Positions 1-9,111 of a stretch of DNA of 50,638 bases are shown in pieces (within the stretch, counting starts at the first letter, position 1; each line of letters opens with the position of its first letter). The notes under the pieces were generated by a model. The model saw only the letters and a program-made list of their open reading frames with translations. It was not told where the DNA came from and searched no databases. Made by a program: the position numbers and the translations under genes. Origin of the DNA: Alphaproteobacteria bacterium (lineage in GTDB: Bacteria > Pseudomonadota > Alphaproteobacteria > Micavibrionales > Micavibrionaceae); NCBI GenBank assembly GCA_018063145.1, contig JAGOQV010000001.1, positions 1-50,638 on the forward strand, read 5' to 3'.

Positions 1-105
1 AAAGATTGATTTCATAATGAGACTATTCTGAAATGTCAACGTTTTTACGAAAAACTGCGCTCTTTATTTATGAAAAACATTCTGGTCAGATGGATCAGTT
101 TCAGC

Positions 106-3100
106 CTATAAAGCTCTGCCATTTTTATGCAGGTCATTATTTTCTAAGCCAAACAGCTTGACCAAAGCAGGATGAATCTCAACCAAACCACGAAGAATCT
201 TTTGAATTTTTGATTTTGCTTGCGTTGTGCCTTGCTGATCGCCTTCCTCATTGCTTGAGGTATCGTCGGCTCCGGTTTCAGATATATTGTTGTTTTCTTC
301 TGATGCGGCTTCGTCATTCATACCCACACTATTCGTAGAGCCCGCATTACCAAGACTCACAAGAGGATTTTGCGAAACAATAACCACCGTATTGGGCAAT
401 AAAAAATCACTGCTGCTTTCACTGCTAGGAAGAGCCGTTAACGTCAACGTTCCGGCAGGGTTTGTATAGCTAAAGTCATAATTTGTATCACTGCCACCAG
501 CAATAGTGATGTCATAGAGTCCTGCGAGACTACTGGAAGTCGCCAGAGTAGAGGCTGTTGGCAGTACCCCAAGATCCCCAACTCCTTCAAGTCCTTGAAA
601 GCCGGAATACACCAGATCAAAGGACGGGTTGGCCTCTCCTACTTGGCGACTTGGTGCACTATTCAATAACGAAACAGTCAAGGGGGCTTTGGTGATATCA
701 CCCGTCAAGCCTGTCGGTTGAGACAACAAATAGCCATGATTCACGCCTGAAAGCGCGTAGCCCGAAGCCGCAATCGGTTTTGCCGTCCCCACATCTTTAT
801 TGCCAAAATTAAATGTTGCCCCAGCACTATTTAAGGTCACGGCATCACTGTACAAAACTCCACTCAAAGCGCCGCCACCACTTACACTCGCTGCCAGACT
901 TCCATCATAGGTTTTGTTATTACCTGTTAGGCCACTCAGGCTCAAGATAGGTGCATAAGCAAAGTAAAATCCATTACCGCTTGCAGGAGTATCCGTCCCC
1001 ACCACGCAGGATGGCGTTCCCGCGTTATACGTACAGCCATAGCGGTTAAAGCCCGTCAAACCAGCTTTGGTGATCGTTGCGCTGGTGGCATTCCCGTTAT
1101 ACACCAACCAGCGGCCACTGCTGGCCGACAGGGCCCCTGCCCCCGCATTGTTGATAAAGTCCCGTCCTGCCACCAACATCAAAGGCGTACCCGCGCCAGT
1201 AGCAGTCAAACTCGCATTCAACGTAATATCACGCCCCGCATTTAGTGAAACCGTGTTTGCTATCAGTCCGGGGGTATATGCATATAATCGACCTACATTA
1301 TTAGCCGATAAGGCAGTGTTATAAATGCGAACATCATCCATCAGTCCGTTATAAAAATATCCTGCACCATTAAACGAACCCAACAATAAATTAGAAGTCG
1401 ATGAAACAGCATTGGAAACCAAGGCCATACTATTGATAAGGATACCATCTCTGTAAGCTTTATATGTTGAACCATCATAAGCATAGGTCATTAAATGCCA
1501 GTTTGTATCATTGGCACTTAAATTTGAATTTGAGGAAGGATACCCAAAGCCATTTCCAGCAGCATAATATTGTACATTACCAGAACTGTATCCATAAAGC
1601 ATTGAGTAAACATTATCGCTTCCCGCATCGTTTCTTTTGCTTATGAGATAACGGTTTGTTTGTCCGGTGTTTGCTGATTTCATCCATGAAGAAAGAGTGA
1701 ACGCATTGGTGATATCCAAGCTATTTGAATCAGCAATACTTACAAAGTCGTTAGTGCCATCAAAACTTAAACTGAAATTTCCGGAGGTCCCAAACGGTGT
1801 TGTACCAGACCAAGTCGGACCGTTTGTTAGGGTTCCATTGTTTGAACTCCCCGAAGAATCTGCAGCGGTTACTCCCGAACCTTCATCAAAGTTCCAGTAG
1901 CCCACCATATTGGATGTGAGATTTGTAGCAGAGGTGAAAAAAATATCTCTTACAGCCGTCACGCTCAGATTCCCAGTACCCGCATTTGTAGAGGCTGAGA
2001 ATGTAGCATCGCGTCCAGCAGAAAGGCTTATATTACCATTGTTGGAACGCAGGCCTATATTTGTTAAATCAAGATCATTTCCTGCCGATATTGAAATATC
2101 ACCTCCCGAAGAAGCAACTCCGCCCAACCCGTCAATTGTAGCACTGCTGCTTAAACTAACATTGGCCGCTTTAACTGCGCCCAATTTCAAATTACTTGTT
2201 TGGGTCAGGCTGGTGTTGCCACCAGAGGTTAAATTAACCACCCCACCGCCCATTGCTTCCAGATTGGTCGTATCAAGATTAATTGAACCTGCTGTTGCTG
2301 TAATAGATATATTTCCACCCGAACCAGTGCGCGTTGTTCTGATTGTCCCCGCCGAAACATCCGTAATGTTACCACTAGTTGCCGTCAGAGAAATATTTCT
2401 ATCATTGGCTAAACTCAGAGTGTCACCTTTCAAATCAAGAGTGATGTTGCTGGTGGCCTGAAGCGAGACATTGGCCGATTGGCTGAGACGCTCCAAATAG
2501 CGCGTGGTGAACGCGGAATAACCGTCAGATGCCGTGGCTTTAGCTACCTCATCCGCACCTGTCCCTGGTGGTGTTAGAGCAATGCCCCATTTGGCGGATT
2601 GATATTGCTCTACAAGATTTCGTTGATCGGACGTAAGATCATCTCCATAAATAAGCACCTCAGAGAAATCTATGTTTTCAGCCTGCTGACCTGGGGTACC
2701 GTTGTTATGCCACATTCCGACTCCGACACGGTTAGATGTAGTTGCCGTACCATTCACTGCGCCAGTTGAACCACCACTAAAGTTTCCATTCGCCCATATC
2801 GTATGCGATGTTGCTGCACGCTGATTACCAATCAAGTTCCACTGACCGTCTGTGACGGTAACAAACCTCCCGTATGGACTTCCGGATTCTTTCACTCCTC
2901 CGCCAAAACTACTTGCAGTCGCGGCATTTCTTCCAAACCAAAACCCATTAATATAATCATGATCTAACAGTCTCTCGTAAGAAGTCGCACCTGCAACATT
3001 CTTGAATGCAACAAACATAGACCAATCGTTAAAAGAAAGATTGTTAGACGTTCTCATTCCATTATTGCCAGTGAAACGCAATGCAGGCAGTCCGTTTACC

Positions 3101-4695
3101 GCATTTGAGACGTAGGTTGGGCCTGTGCCGAATGCACTAACACTATTGAGACCAAAGACATCTGTCCAAAGTGAAACAGTATCGCCGTTGTTATACCCAG
3201 TCAGCTGACTAGCATCCAACCACATAACACCATTCGCAATATCTGTCGGCGTGAAATTCCCATAGATGGTAATATTAGTTGGATCAAGGAAGTAGGTACC
3301 GCGTGCGCCATTGCTGGCGGTGAGGTCCACATAGCCACCGGCATCAAGATGTTTTTTGCCGGAGGTTTCGACGAAGCCGCCATCACCCGCATTGCCGCCT
3401 GCGGTGGTGTTCCATGTTAGTGCATCCACGTCTTTTCCACCCAACGCACGTGCATAAACATTGCCGTAGAACTGCGTGGTGTCATCGCTCCAGAAAATGG
3501 TGCGTCCTGCATCCCCTTCATGTAGGGAGTCGTTCAGGATAAGTGCGGACTCATCGACATAGAGGTTTCTGGCGGTTGCCGCATCACCTTGGCCCAGATA
3601 ATCACCGCCGATTTTGATATCACCACCCGCGCTCCCCTCACGCGCATCGGAAATTTTTTTGTCCTTGATTGTACCGCTCTTGCCCGTATGTCCAGACGCA
3701 TCAATCAATGTACCGTTCAGCAACGCAACATTGTCGCCCGTAATCTCAATACTTCCACCGCTCTCACCAGCTTTGCGCCCTGATACATCAAGATAAGCAT
3801 CGGCAATCACAACATTGCTGCTGCCTTGTTTCTTGCCTTTATCTTCGTCCCTGTTACCTTTGACCGCGTTACTGCCTGCAGCACCAATAATGATCTTGCC
3901 GTTTTTCTGGCTGACGCTCGGGGCTTTCAGTTCGCCTTTAATGGTCACAAGACTGTTGACAATCTCTTTACCCGCCGCCGCTGTAATAGCAATCGTCCCA
4001 CCTTCGGCTGTAATCGATCCTGTGTTGCTGACAATCTGGCTGGCCACGCCATCGCTGACTTTCAACTCATAAAGCCCATCGCCATAAAGATCCGCCATCA
4101 CGCTATCGCCCGAGGCCAGCTCCACCCGTCCCATCTTGGCTTCGATGATGCCGTGATTGGCCACATTCGGCGCGACTAGGGCAACCAATCCCGCTTCTTT
4201 GGCAGTGATATGCCCCGCATTGATAATAGCAGCATCTGCCTTGCCCGACTTGTTAAAATGGAGGAGATCGTCCACCATAAATGCATCATTGTCGATATCA
4301 GCCGTGGTGGCAATCAAGCCATTCACGTCAACTTTTGAATCTTTGCCAAAAAATACCCCGTTAGGGTTAATCAGGATAACATTGCCATTCGCACTGAGCT
4401 TACCCATGATGTGTGACGGATCCGCACTGCTCACACGGTTCAGTGCGACGGCACTGCTCGACGGCTGGTGGAACTGGGTATGTTCATCGACATTGATGTT
4501 AAAACTGCGCCAATCAATCACGGCACGATCGGTGTGCTGATGGATATCAAGTTTTTTGCCACTAGCCTCAATGGTGGCTGAACCACCAACCACGCTTGCG
4601 CCTTCTGGATTTGCATAGGCAGCGCCACTCATCGTGAATGTCAGCACGCTAACACTGCACATAAGAAATCTTCTAAGTGCAACGCTTCTAACCAT
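106..4695 (-). CDS. Two-partner-secretion exoprotein (TpsA, filamentous-haemagglutinin family) with TPS domain, beta-helix repeats, two LamG-like modules and C-terminal YDG/MBG-type modules
   Basis: Sec signal MVRSVALRRFLMCSVSVLTFTMSGAAYA. TPS domain motifs: NPEGASVVGGSATI, IDWRSFNI, NRV, ILINPNGVFFG. GDGGFVETSGKK...YFLDPTNITI motif typical of this family. LamG_3-like blocks ending LIYGDDLTSDQRNLVEQY and DDVRIYNTALSANNV. NKTYDGS...DITKAPLTV...YDITIAGGSDTNYDFSY (YDG/MBG). Directly downstream of a TpsB gene. Start is ambiguous: ATG at 4695 or 4719, or TTG at 4752. Confidence 0.88.
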   Translation of the reverse strand: MVRSVALRRFLMCSVSVLTFTMSGAAYANPEGASVVGGSATIEASGKKLDIHQHTDRAVIDWRSFNINVDEHTQFHQPSSSAVALNRVSSADPSHIMGKLSANGNVILINPNGVFFGKDSKVDVNGLIATTADIDNDAFMVDDLLHFNKSGKADAAIINAGHITAKEAGLVALVAPNVANHGIIEAKMGRVELASGDSVMADLYGDGLYELKVSDGVASQIVSNTGSITAEGGTIAITAAAGKEIVNSLVTIKGELKAPSVSQKNGKIIIGAAGSNAVKGNRDEDKGKKQGSSNVVIADAYLDVSGRKAGESGGSIEITGDNVALLNGTLIDASGHTGKSGTIKDKKISDAREGSAGGDIKIGGDYLGQGDAATARNLYVDESALILNDSLHEGDAGRTIFWSDDTTQFYGNVYARALGGKDVDALTWNTTAGGNAGDGGFVETSGKKHLDAGGYVDLTASNGARGTYFLDPTNITIYGNFTPTDIANGVMWLDASQLTGYNNGDTVSLWTDVFGLNSVSAFGTGPTYVSNAVNGLPALRFTGNNGMRTSNNLSFNDWSMFVAFKNVAGATSYERLLDHDYINGFWFGRNAATASSFGGGVKESGSPYGRFVTVTDGQWNLIGNQRAATSHTIWANGNFSGGSTGAVNGTATTSNRVGVGMWHNNGTPGQQAENIDFSEVLIYGDDLTSDQRNLVEQYQSAKWGIALTPPGTGADEVAKATASDGYSAFTTRYLERLSQSANVSLQATSNITLDLKGDTLSLANDRNISLTATSGNITDVSAGTIRTTRTGSGGNISITATAGSINLDTTNLEAMGGGVVNLTSGGNTSLTQTSNLKLGAVKAANVSLSSSATIDGLGGVASSGGDISISAGNDLDLTNIGLRSNNGNISLSAGRDATFSASTNAGTGNLSVTAVRDIFFTSATNLTSNMVGYWNFDEGSGVTAADSSGSSNNGTLTNGPTWSGTTPFGTSGNFSLSFDGTNDFVSIADSNSLDITNAFTLSSWMKSANTGQTNRYLISKRNDAGSDNVYSMLYGYSSGNVQYYAAGNGFGYPSSNSNLSANDTNWHLMTYAYDGSTYKAYRDGILINSMALVSNAVSSTSNLLLGSFNGAGYFYNGLMDDVRIYNTALSANNVGRLYAYTPGLIANTVSLNAGRDITLNASLTATGAGTPLMLVAGRDFINNAGAGALSASSGRWLVYNGNATSATITKAGLTGFNRYGCTYNAGTPSCVVGTDTPASGNGFYFAYAPILSLSGLTGNNKTYDGSLAASVSGGGALSGVLYSDAVTLNSAGATFNFGNKDVGTAKPIAASGYALSGVNHGYLLSQPTGLTGDITKAPLTVSLLNSAPSRQVGEANPSFDLVYSGFQGLEGVGDLGVLPTASTLATSSSLAGLYDITIAGGSDTNYDFSYTNPAGTLTLTALPSSESSSDFLLPNTVVIVSQNPLVSLGNAGSTNSVGMNDEAASEENNNISETGADDTSSNEEGDQQGTTQAKSKIQKILRGLVEIHPALVKLFGLENNDLHKNGRAL

Positions 4696-4748
4696 TTTAA
4701 TACAATACCACCAACGCATTAACCTTTGCTTAACCAAATATACAATGA

Positions 4749-6443
4749 TCAAAATCCATAACCTAGATGGAACAAAACTCTTGGATTTATGCTGTTACCA
4801 TAAATTGGCACACTGATATCGTGGGTGAGCGGATAAGCCAACCCCAAATTACCCGTGAAGCCGGAACTGTGATTGACACGCACGCCAAGTCCCGCCGCCG
4901 CAGCGGACTCAGCTATGCCCCCAATATCCTCATTCCAGACTTTACCGATATCGTAAAAAGCGTAAGGAACCAAATTGGTCTCCTGCCATACGCCAATGCC
5001 GAGATAGCGCAACTCCAAGCTAGCGGCAATACCATGATCGCCAGTCAACTCAGATGGATCATAGGCACGGCCAAAAGTCTGCCCACCATAACCAAACTCT
5101 TCACTTGAGAACAATGGGCCCGAGGCAAGCTGCCCGGAAAACTGACCGATAAGCGTCAAGTTGTTGCTGATTGCCTGCTGGCGTATGTAACTGAATTGTG
5201 CAGTGGAAAAATCAGATTCAGCTCCAGCTCGGGAAAGATTGGTATCTCCGTCTTCACTTGCTCCCAGAACATTTAATCCACGACTTGCAATAAAGGTAAT
5301 GTAATTATGCCCGTTCCAACTATCAGAAGTATCGTAACCAAGTCGGCCTCTGACCACACGAATACGATCTCGCATAAGCGGATTGTTGCTCAGAATATCG
5401 CTATTCGCATCTTTACCAGTTAGATCAAGCGAGACCGTAAGATTTTCTTGACGCTGGCGAATAGGTTTCCAATTGATGTTCAAGCCAATATATCGTGAAT
5501 TACCTTTGATATCATTTGGCCTCAGCGAAGCCCCCGGCGCACTCGTTGAATAAGAACCAGATAGCTCAATCGTCCAATCTGGGTAAATAGGCACAACATG
5601 AAGCAAAGAGAGATATTTTATTTCATCGGTTGGAATACTGGTAAGTCCCGATAGCGTTGTTTCCTGTAAGGGGAGAAAACTGTCCTGATAGGTCAGCGTA
5701 GCCTGATGGGGACCCAAAAATCGTGAGCCAAAATTGTCGAAACTGACCAACCCGTTGCCTGTTTCTTTCTGCGGATGCAACGATAATCGTGTCACACCAT
5801 CTTCAACCCCCTTAAGGGGTTCAACAAAAGCCCGAAATTCGAACCCCGGCAAGGCATTCATCTGTAGCATAAACGATTCAAGATCATATGCACTCAGAGG
5901 CCTCTTGTCTTTGATCCTAGCGATAAGCTGACGAACAAACAAATGTTCCATCAACGTGGCATCCTCCACATTGACTTCGCCTATATAGCCTTCCACCACC
6001 TTGATAGTGACCACACCGCCGTCAATCTCTTGCGCAGGCACATAAGCCCGAGATAGAAAATACCCTGCGTTTTGATAACGTTCCGTGATCTGACCTGCAA
6101 TCCTCCAGATGATATCGAGTGTAATTTCGTGATTCAGGTAGGGCTGGTAAATGGCACCAAGCTCACTTTCCGTAAAATTACTCGCGCCTTCCAGCCTGAT
6201 CTGACTCAGTGTAAACTTCACCTGCTTAGCGGAATCGGGGATCGTGACACTACTAGACTGTCCTTCTGGAACAACAAACTTCGCAGGCGGACGGTCAGGG
6301 ATAACTGGACGTCCCAACTGCTGGATACGACTAGCATCGGCAGGACCAAGAATATCTTGCGCAAATGCCGGAAACACAGCATACGCGAGAATGTAAAAGG
6401 CCGCTCCGCCTAGTCTAATGCATTGTCTTTTTTTATATTTCAT
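4749..6443 (-). CDS. TpsB outer-membrane transporter (ShlB/FhaC/HecB family, POTRA + beta-barrel)
   Basis: Signal peptide ...AYAVFPAFAQD. POTRA-like FTLSQIRLEGASNFTESELGAIYQPYLNHEITLDIIWRIAGQITERYQNAGYFLSRAYVPAQEIDGGVVTIKVVEGYIGEV. C-terminal beta-barrel ending ...LFHLGYGF. Sits upstream of the TpsA gene on the same strand. Confidence 0.9.
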   Translation of the reverse strand: MKYKKRQCIRLGGAAFYILAYAVFPAFAQDILGPADASRIQQLGRPVIPDRPPAKFVVPEGQSSSVTIPDSAKQVKFTLSQIRLEGASNFTESELGAIYQPYLNHEITLDIIWRIAGQITERYQNAGYFLSRAYVPAQEIDGGVVTIKVVEGYIGEVNVEDATLMEHLFVRQLIARIKDKRPLSAYDLESFMLQMNALPGFEFRAFVEPLKGVEDGVTRLSLHPQKETGNGLVSFDNFGSRFLGPHQATLTYQDSFLPLQETTLSGLTSIPTDEIKYLSLLHVVPIYPDWTIELSGSYSTSAPGASLRPNDIKGNSRYIGLNINWKPIRQRQENLTVSLDLTGKDANSDILSNNPLMRDRIRVVRGRLGYDTSDSWNGHNYITFIASRGLNVLGASEDGDTNLSRAGAESDFSTAQFSYIRQQAISNNLTLIGQFSGQLASGPLFSSEEFGYGGQTFGRAYDPSELTGDHGIAASLELRYLGIGVWQETNLVPYAFYDIGKVWNEDIGGIAESAAAAGLGVRVNHSSGFTGNLGLAYPLTHDISVPIYGNSINPRVLFHLGYGF

Positions 6444-6604
6444 AACGCAAACAAAGGGGTATCTTGCACTCTAGGCCACAAGGCAAAAAAGTCAAATATA
6501 CGCCATATGTATTTCAGCAAGTTATAAACAACTCTATCGGCCTAAACCGCCAACCCCGCATATTATTCTGCTGGGCCAGACAAATTGCACTCCTGAAAAA
6601 ATCT

Positions 6605-7237
6605 TTAGGCCCCGACCCGGTAAATTTCATCTATTTGCTCGGGCCGCGTGATGCGCACCGCTAGATCACGGAGAATCCCATCACTCAATTGATAAATAAA
6701 CCCATGGACAGAAAGAGTTTGTTTTCTTGACCATGCGTTTTGCACAATGGATGTGTAGCAAACGCTCTGTACTTGCCTTAGAACATTGAGCTCGCACAAG
6801 CGGTCTATCCGTGCGTCCTCGTCAACGATAGCTTCAAGTTCCTGTTTATGAAGTGCGTATATGTCCTTGATATTCCGAAGCCAGTTATCAATCAAACCCA
6901 TCTGCTGAGATCGGCACGCCGCACGAACGCCTCCGCAAGCATAATGGCCACAGACAATGATATGTTCGACTTTCAAAACATCAACAGCGTATTGTATGAC
7001 CGAAAGACAATTTATATCTGTATTAATGACCAAATTGGCCACGTTTCGATGAACAAAAACATCTCCTGGAAGCAAACCAAGAATCTCATTTGCGGGAACG
7101 CGGCTATCGGAACAACCAATCCAGAGAATCTTTGGCGTTTGCAAAGAAGACAGTCTGCCAAAAAAATTTGGATCTTTGCGCCGCTGGTCTTCGGCCCATT
7201 TCCTGTTGTTTTCAAACAACTTCTCAATATCTGCCAT
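6605..7237 (-). CDS. can: Beta-class carbonic anhydrase
   Basis: Motifs CSDSRVPANEI, HRNVANLV and VCGHYACGGV (zinc ligands Cys/His/Cys of beta-CA). Confidence 0.9.
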   Translation of the reverse strand: MADIEKLFENNRKWAEDQRRKDPNFFGRLSSLQTPKILWIGCSDSRVPANEILGLLPGDVFVHRNVANLVINTDINCLSVIQYAVDVLKVEHIIVCGHYACGGVRAACRSQQMGLIDNWLRNIKDIYALHKQELEAIVDEDARIDRLCELNVLRQVQSVCYTSIVQNAWSRKQTLSVHGFIYQLSDGILRDLAVRITRPEQIDEIYRVGA

Positions 7238-7254
7238 TGTTCCCTCCTCTAGCT

Positions 7255-8403
7255 CTACCTCCCGATGGCTCCTTCAGCCAACGGCTTGAATTTAACCACG
7301 AGATACGGTTTGGTGCTGGCGTCTTTCCCAAGGTTGTAATGTGCCGAACGATTTAGCTGGGAAATTGTCAGATACAAATATCCATCAGGCCCAAAAGAAA
7401 AACCATCTGCCCACACCAAACGAGGATCTTTAATGTAGGTTTTATAGGAACCACCCGGGCGCATAACCCCAATTTCACTGTCTTTGACATTGGTGATATA
7501 GATATTTTCTTCGGCATCAATCGTTATACCATCGCATTCTGGTTTATCTCCAACCACCTCGACAGAAGCTTCCATCTCTTCCTTGCTAACCGCCCCGTTA
7601 ATCAATTTGGAGATAGGAACACGGTAGAGTTTTCCAGCCCCCATCGGCCCGAAGTAAAGCCAGTCACGGAGAGGATCAATGGTGATGGGGTTAAGCCCCA
7701 AATGAAGAGGAACGTCTTTCCCTGTCTTATCCTTGACCAAGACAGGTTTTCCTTCGGCAAGCATTGGCTCTTTACTTGGCTGCAGCCCTTGAAAATCAAC
7801 CAAGACACGCCGAACCCAATTGCTGCGCTGGTTCACGGCAATAATCGAAGGCTGGGCAGGTTTGGTTGGATCTGCCTGCCCCATATCTGCGATGAAATAA
7901 TAATTTTTGTCCCAATCTATGGCATAGTCCTGCAGAAACGATTGTTCAGTCAAAACGTTCTGAGGAATGTATGTAACTCCCGATGCTTGCTGCATAAACT
8001 GATTAAACTCGACAATGCGGGGAGAGTGTTTGGCATCGCCCATATCAAGAACAGTAACTGTTCCCGAGAGGGTTGCTCTCGTCCCAATCGCATTGATAAC
8101 CCCAACCCCGTTTTCGTCTGTTGGTTCATTCCATTTTTCGCTCGGAAAAACTTGAGAGCTGCCATCCTTAGGGTCAATCAGCATCATTTTGGTCTTGGGT
8201 GAGTCAACAGGATGAAGGGTTACGTATATACGCCCTTGCAAATCCACGGCAATATTAGCAGGCCGATCCTGAAGTTCAGCGACCACTTCAAGTTTAGGCG
8301 GCTCAGACGAGGGCGCGATTGGCTCAACCTGCGCCGCCAAGACTGGCGAAAAACTGCCTAGAAAATAAACGGCAGAACCTAAAGACAAAATCTGTTTCAA
8401 CAT
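7255..8403 (-). CDS. Secreted beta-propeller protein, major royal jelly/yellow (L-dopachrome tautomerase-related) family-like
   Basis: Signal peptide MLKQILSLGSAVYFLGSFSPVLAAQ. Segments DYAIDWDKNYYFIADMG, LNPITIDPLRDWLYFGPMGAGKLYRVP and DPRLVWADGFSFGPDGYLYLTISQLNRS match my recollection of bacterial MRJP/yellow proteins. Family not verified by search. Confidence 0.6.
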   Translation of the reverse strand: MLKQILSLGSAVYFLGSFSPVLAAQVEPIAPSSEPPKLEVVAELQDRPANIAVDLQGRIYVTLHPVDSPKTKMMLIDPKDGSSQVFPSEKWNEPTDENGVGVINAIGTRATLSGTVTVLDMGDAKHSPRIVEFNQFMQQASGVTYIPQNVLTEQSFLQDYAIDWDKNYYFIADMGQADPTKPAQPSIIAVNQRSNWVRRVLVDFQGLQPSKEPMLAEGKPVLVKDKTGKDVPLHLGLNPITIDPLRDWLYFGPMGAGKLYRVPISKLINGAVSKEEMEASVEVVGDKPECDGITIDAEENIYITNVKDSEIGVMRPGGSYKTYIKDPRLVWADGFSFGPDGYLYLTISQLNRSAHYNLGKDASTKPYLVVKFKPLAEGAIGR

Positions 8404-8471
8404 TAAGGATCCTCATTTCATCTTGATCTTGGACGGAGCGGCGCGTAAAAGCAATATTCTAGGGGACCATT

Positions 8472-9038
8472 ATGCGGACGATTTTGTATCTAGCAACGGC
8501 TTTTCTTATTTTGTTTGGGTTTCCTGCCTTTGCGCAAGATCCCTCTGCGGCAGGTGACCCTGACGAACTCTCACTGGTCCTTGAATTGCCCAATGGGAAT
8601 GTTACCATCAAACTCCGCCCTGATCTTGCTCCCCAGCATGTTGAGCGGGTTAAAACCTTGACCCGCGCCGGATTTTACAATGGGCTGGTCTGGTTCCGAG
8701 TTGTGGACGGATTCATTGCCCAGACAGGCTATCCTCTAAAAAGTGACAAAAGCAAACACTGGGGCAAACGTGGAAAATCGGACCTGCCCGATCTCCCTGA
8801 TGAATTTTCGAAACACAAATTCAAGCGCGGAACTGTGGGGATGGGACGTTCTGCCGAGCCAAACTCCGCAAACTCCCAGTTTTTCATTTGTCTTAACGAT
8901 CGCAACTGCGCGAATTTAACCGGACATTACACAGCGTGGGGGCAGGTTACATCAGGAATGGATGTTGTGGAAAATTTGCCTCATGGTGAACCTCCGCGCT
9001 CCCCTGCGAAAATACGGCAAGCTTATTTGCAAAAATGA
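8472..9038 (+). CDS. Cyclophilin-type peptidyl-prolyl isomerase, secreted, divergent paralog
   Basis: Signal peptide ...FGFPAFAQD. WFRVVDGFIAQTG and SANSQFFICL are present, but the GDPTGTGxGGS loop is replaced by YPLKSDKSKHWGKRGKSDLP. Confidence 0.8.
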   Translation: MRTILYLATAFLILFGFPAFAQDPSAAGDPDELSLVLELPNGNVTIKLRPDLAPQHVERVKTLTRAGFYNGLVWFRVVDGFIAQTGYPLKSDKSKHWGKRGKSDLPDLPDEFSKHKFKRGTVGMGRSAEPNSANSQFFICLNDRNCANLTGHYTAWGQVTSGMDVVENLPHGEPPRSPAKIRQAYLQK

Positions 9039-9111
9039 TAGTTGCCAGACCGTGCCGGACAGCTTAATCTGCGCTCCATTGTAACGCACAAACATCTAAC
9101 AAGGAGTTGTT

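Noticed and set aside
106-150. LENN near the TpsA C-terminus (FGLENNDLHKNGRAL) resembles the VENN pre-toxin motif of CdiA.
   Set aside because: Only 10 residues follow it, far too few for a CdiA-CT toxin. No immunity gene is visible in the 105 nt remaining, so this is most likely coincidence.
5835-5850. The string ttcgaacc, reminiscent of a tRNA T-arm.
   Set aside because: It lies inside the well-supported TpsB coding sequence, with no surrounding cloverleaf potential. No tRNA-like sequence was found in any intergenic gap.
6539-6611. 8-bp inverted repeat ggcctaaa / tttaggcc separated by 57 nt, overlapping the stop codon of can.
   Set aside because: The arms are short relative to the very long spacer, and there is no adjacent U-run. 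It is not convincing as a terminator or operator.
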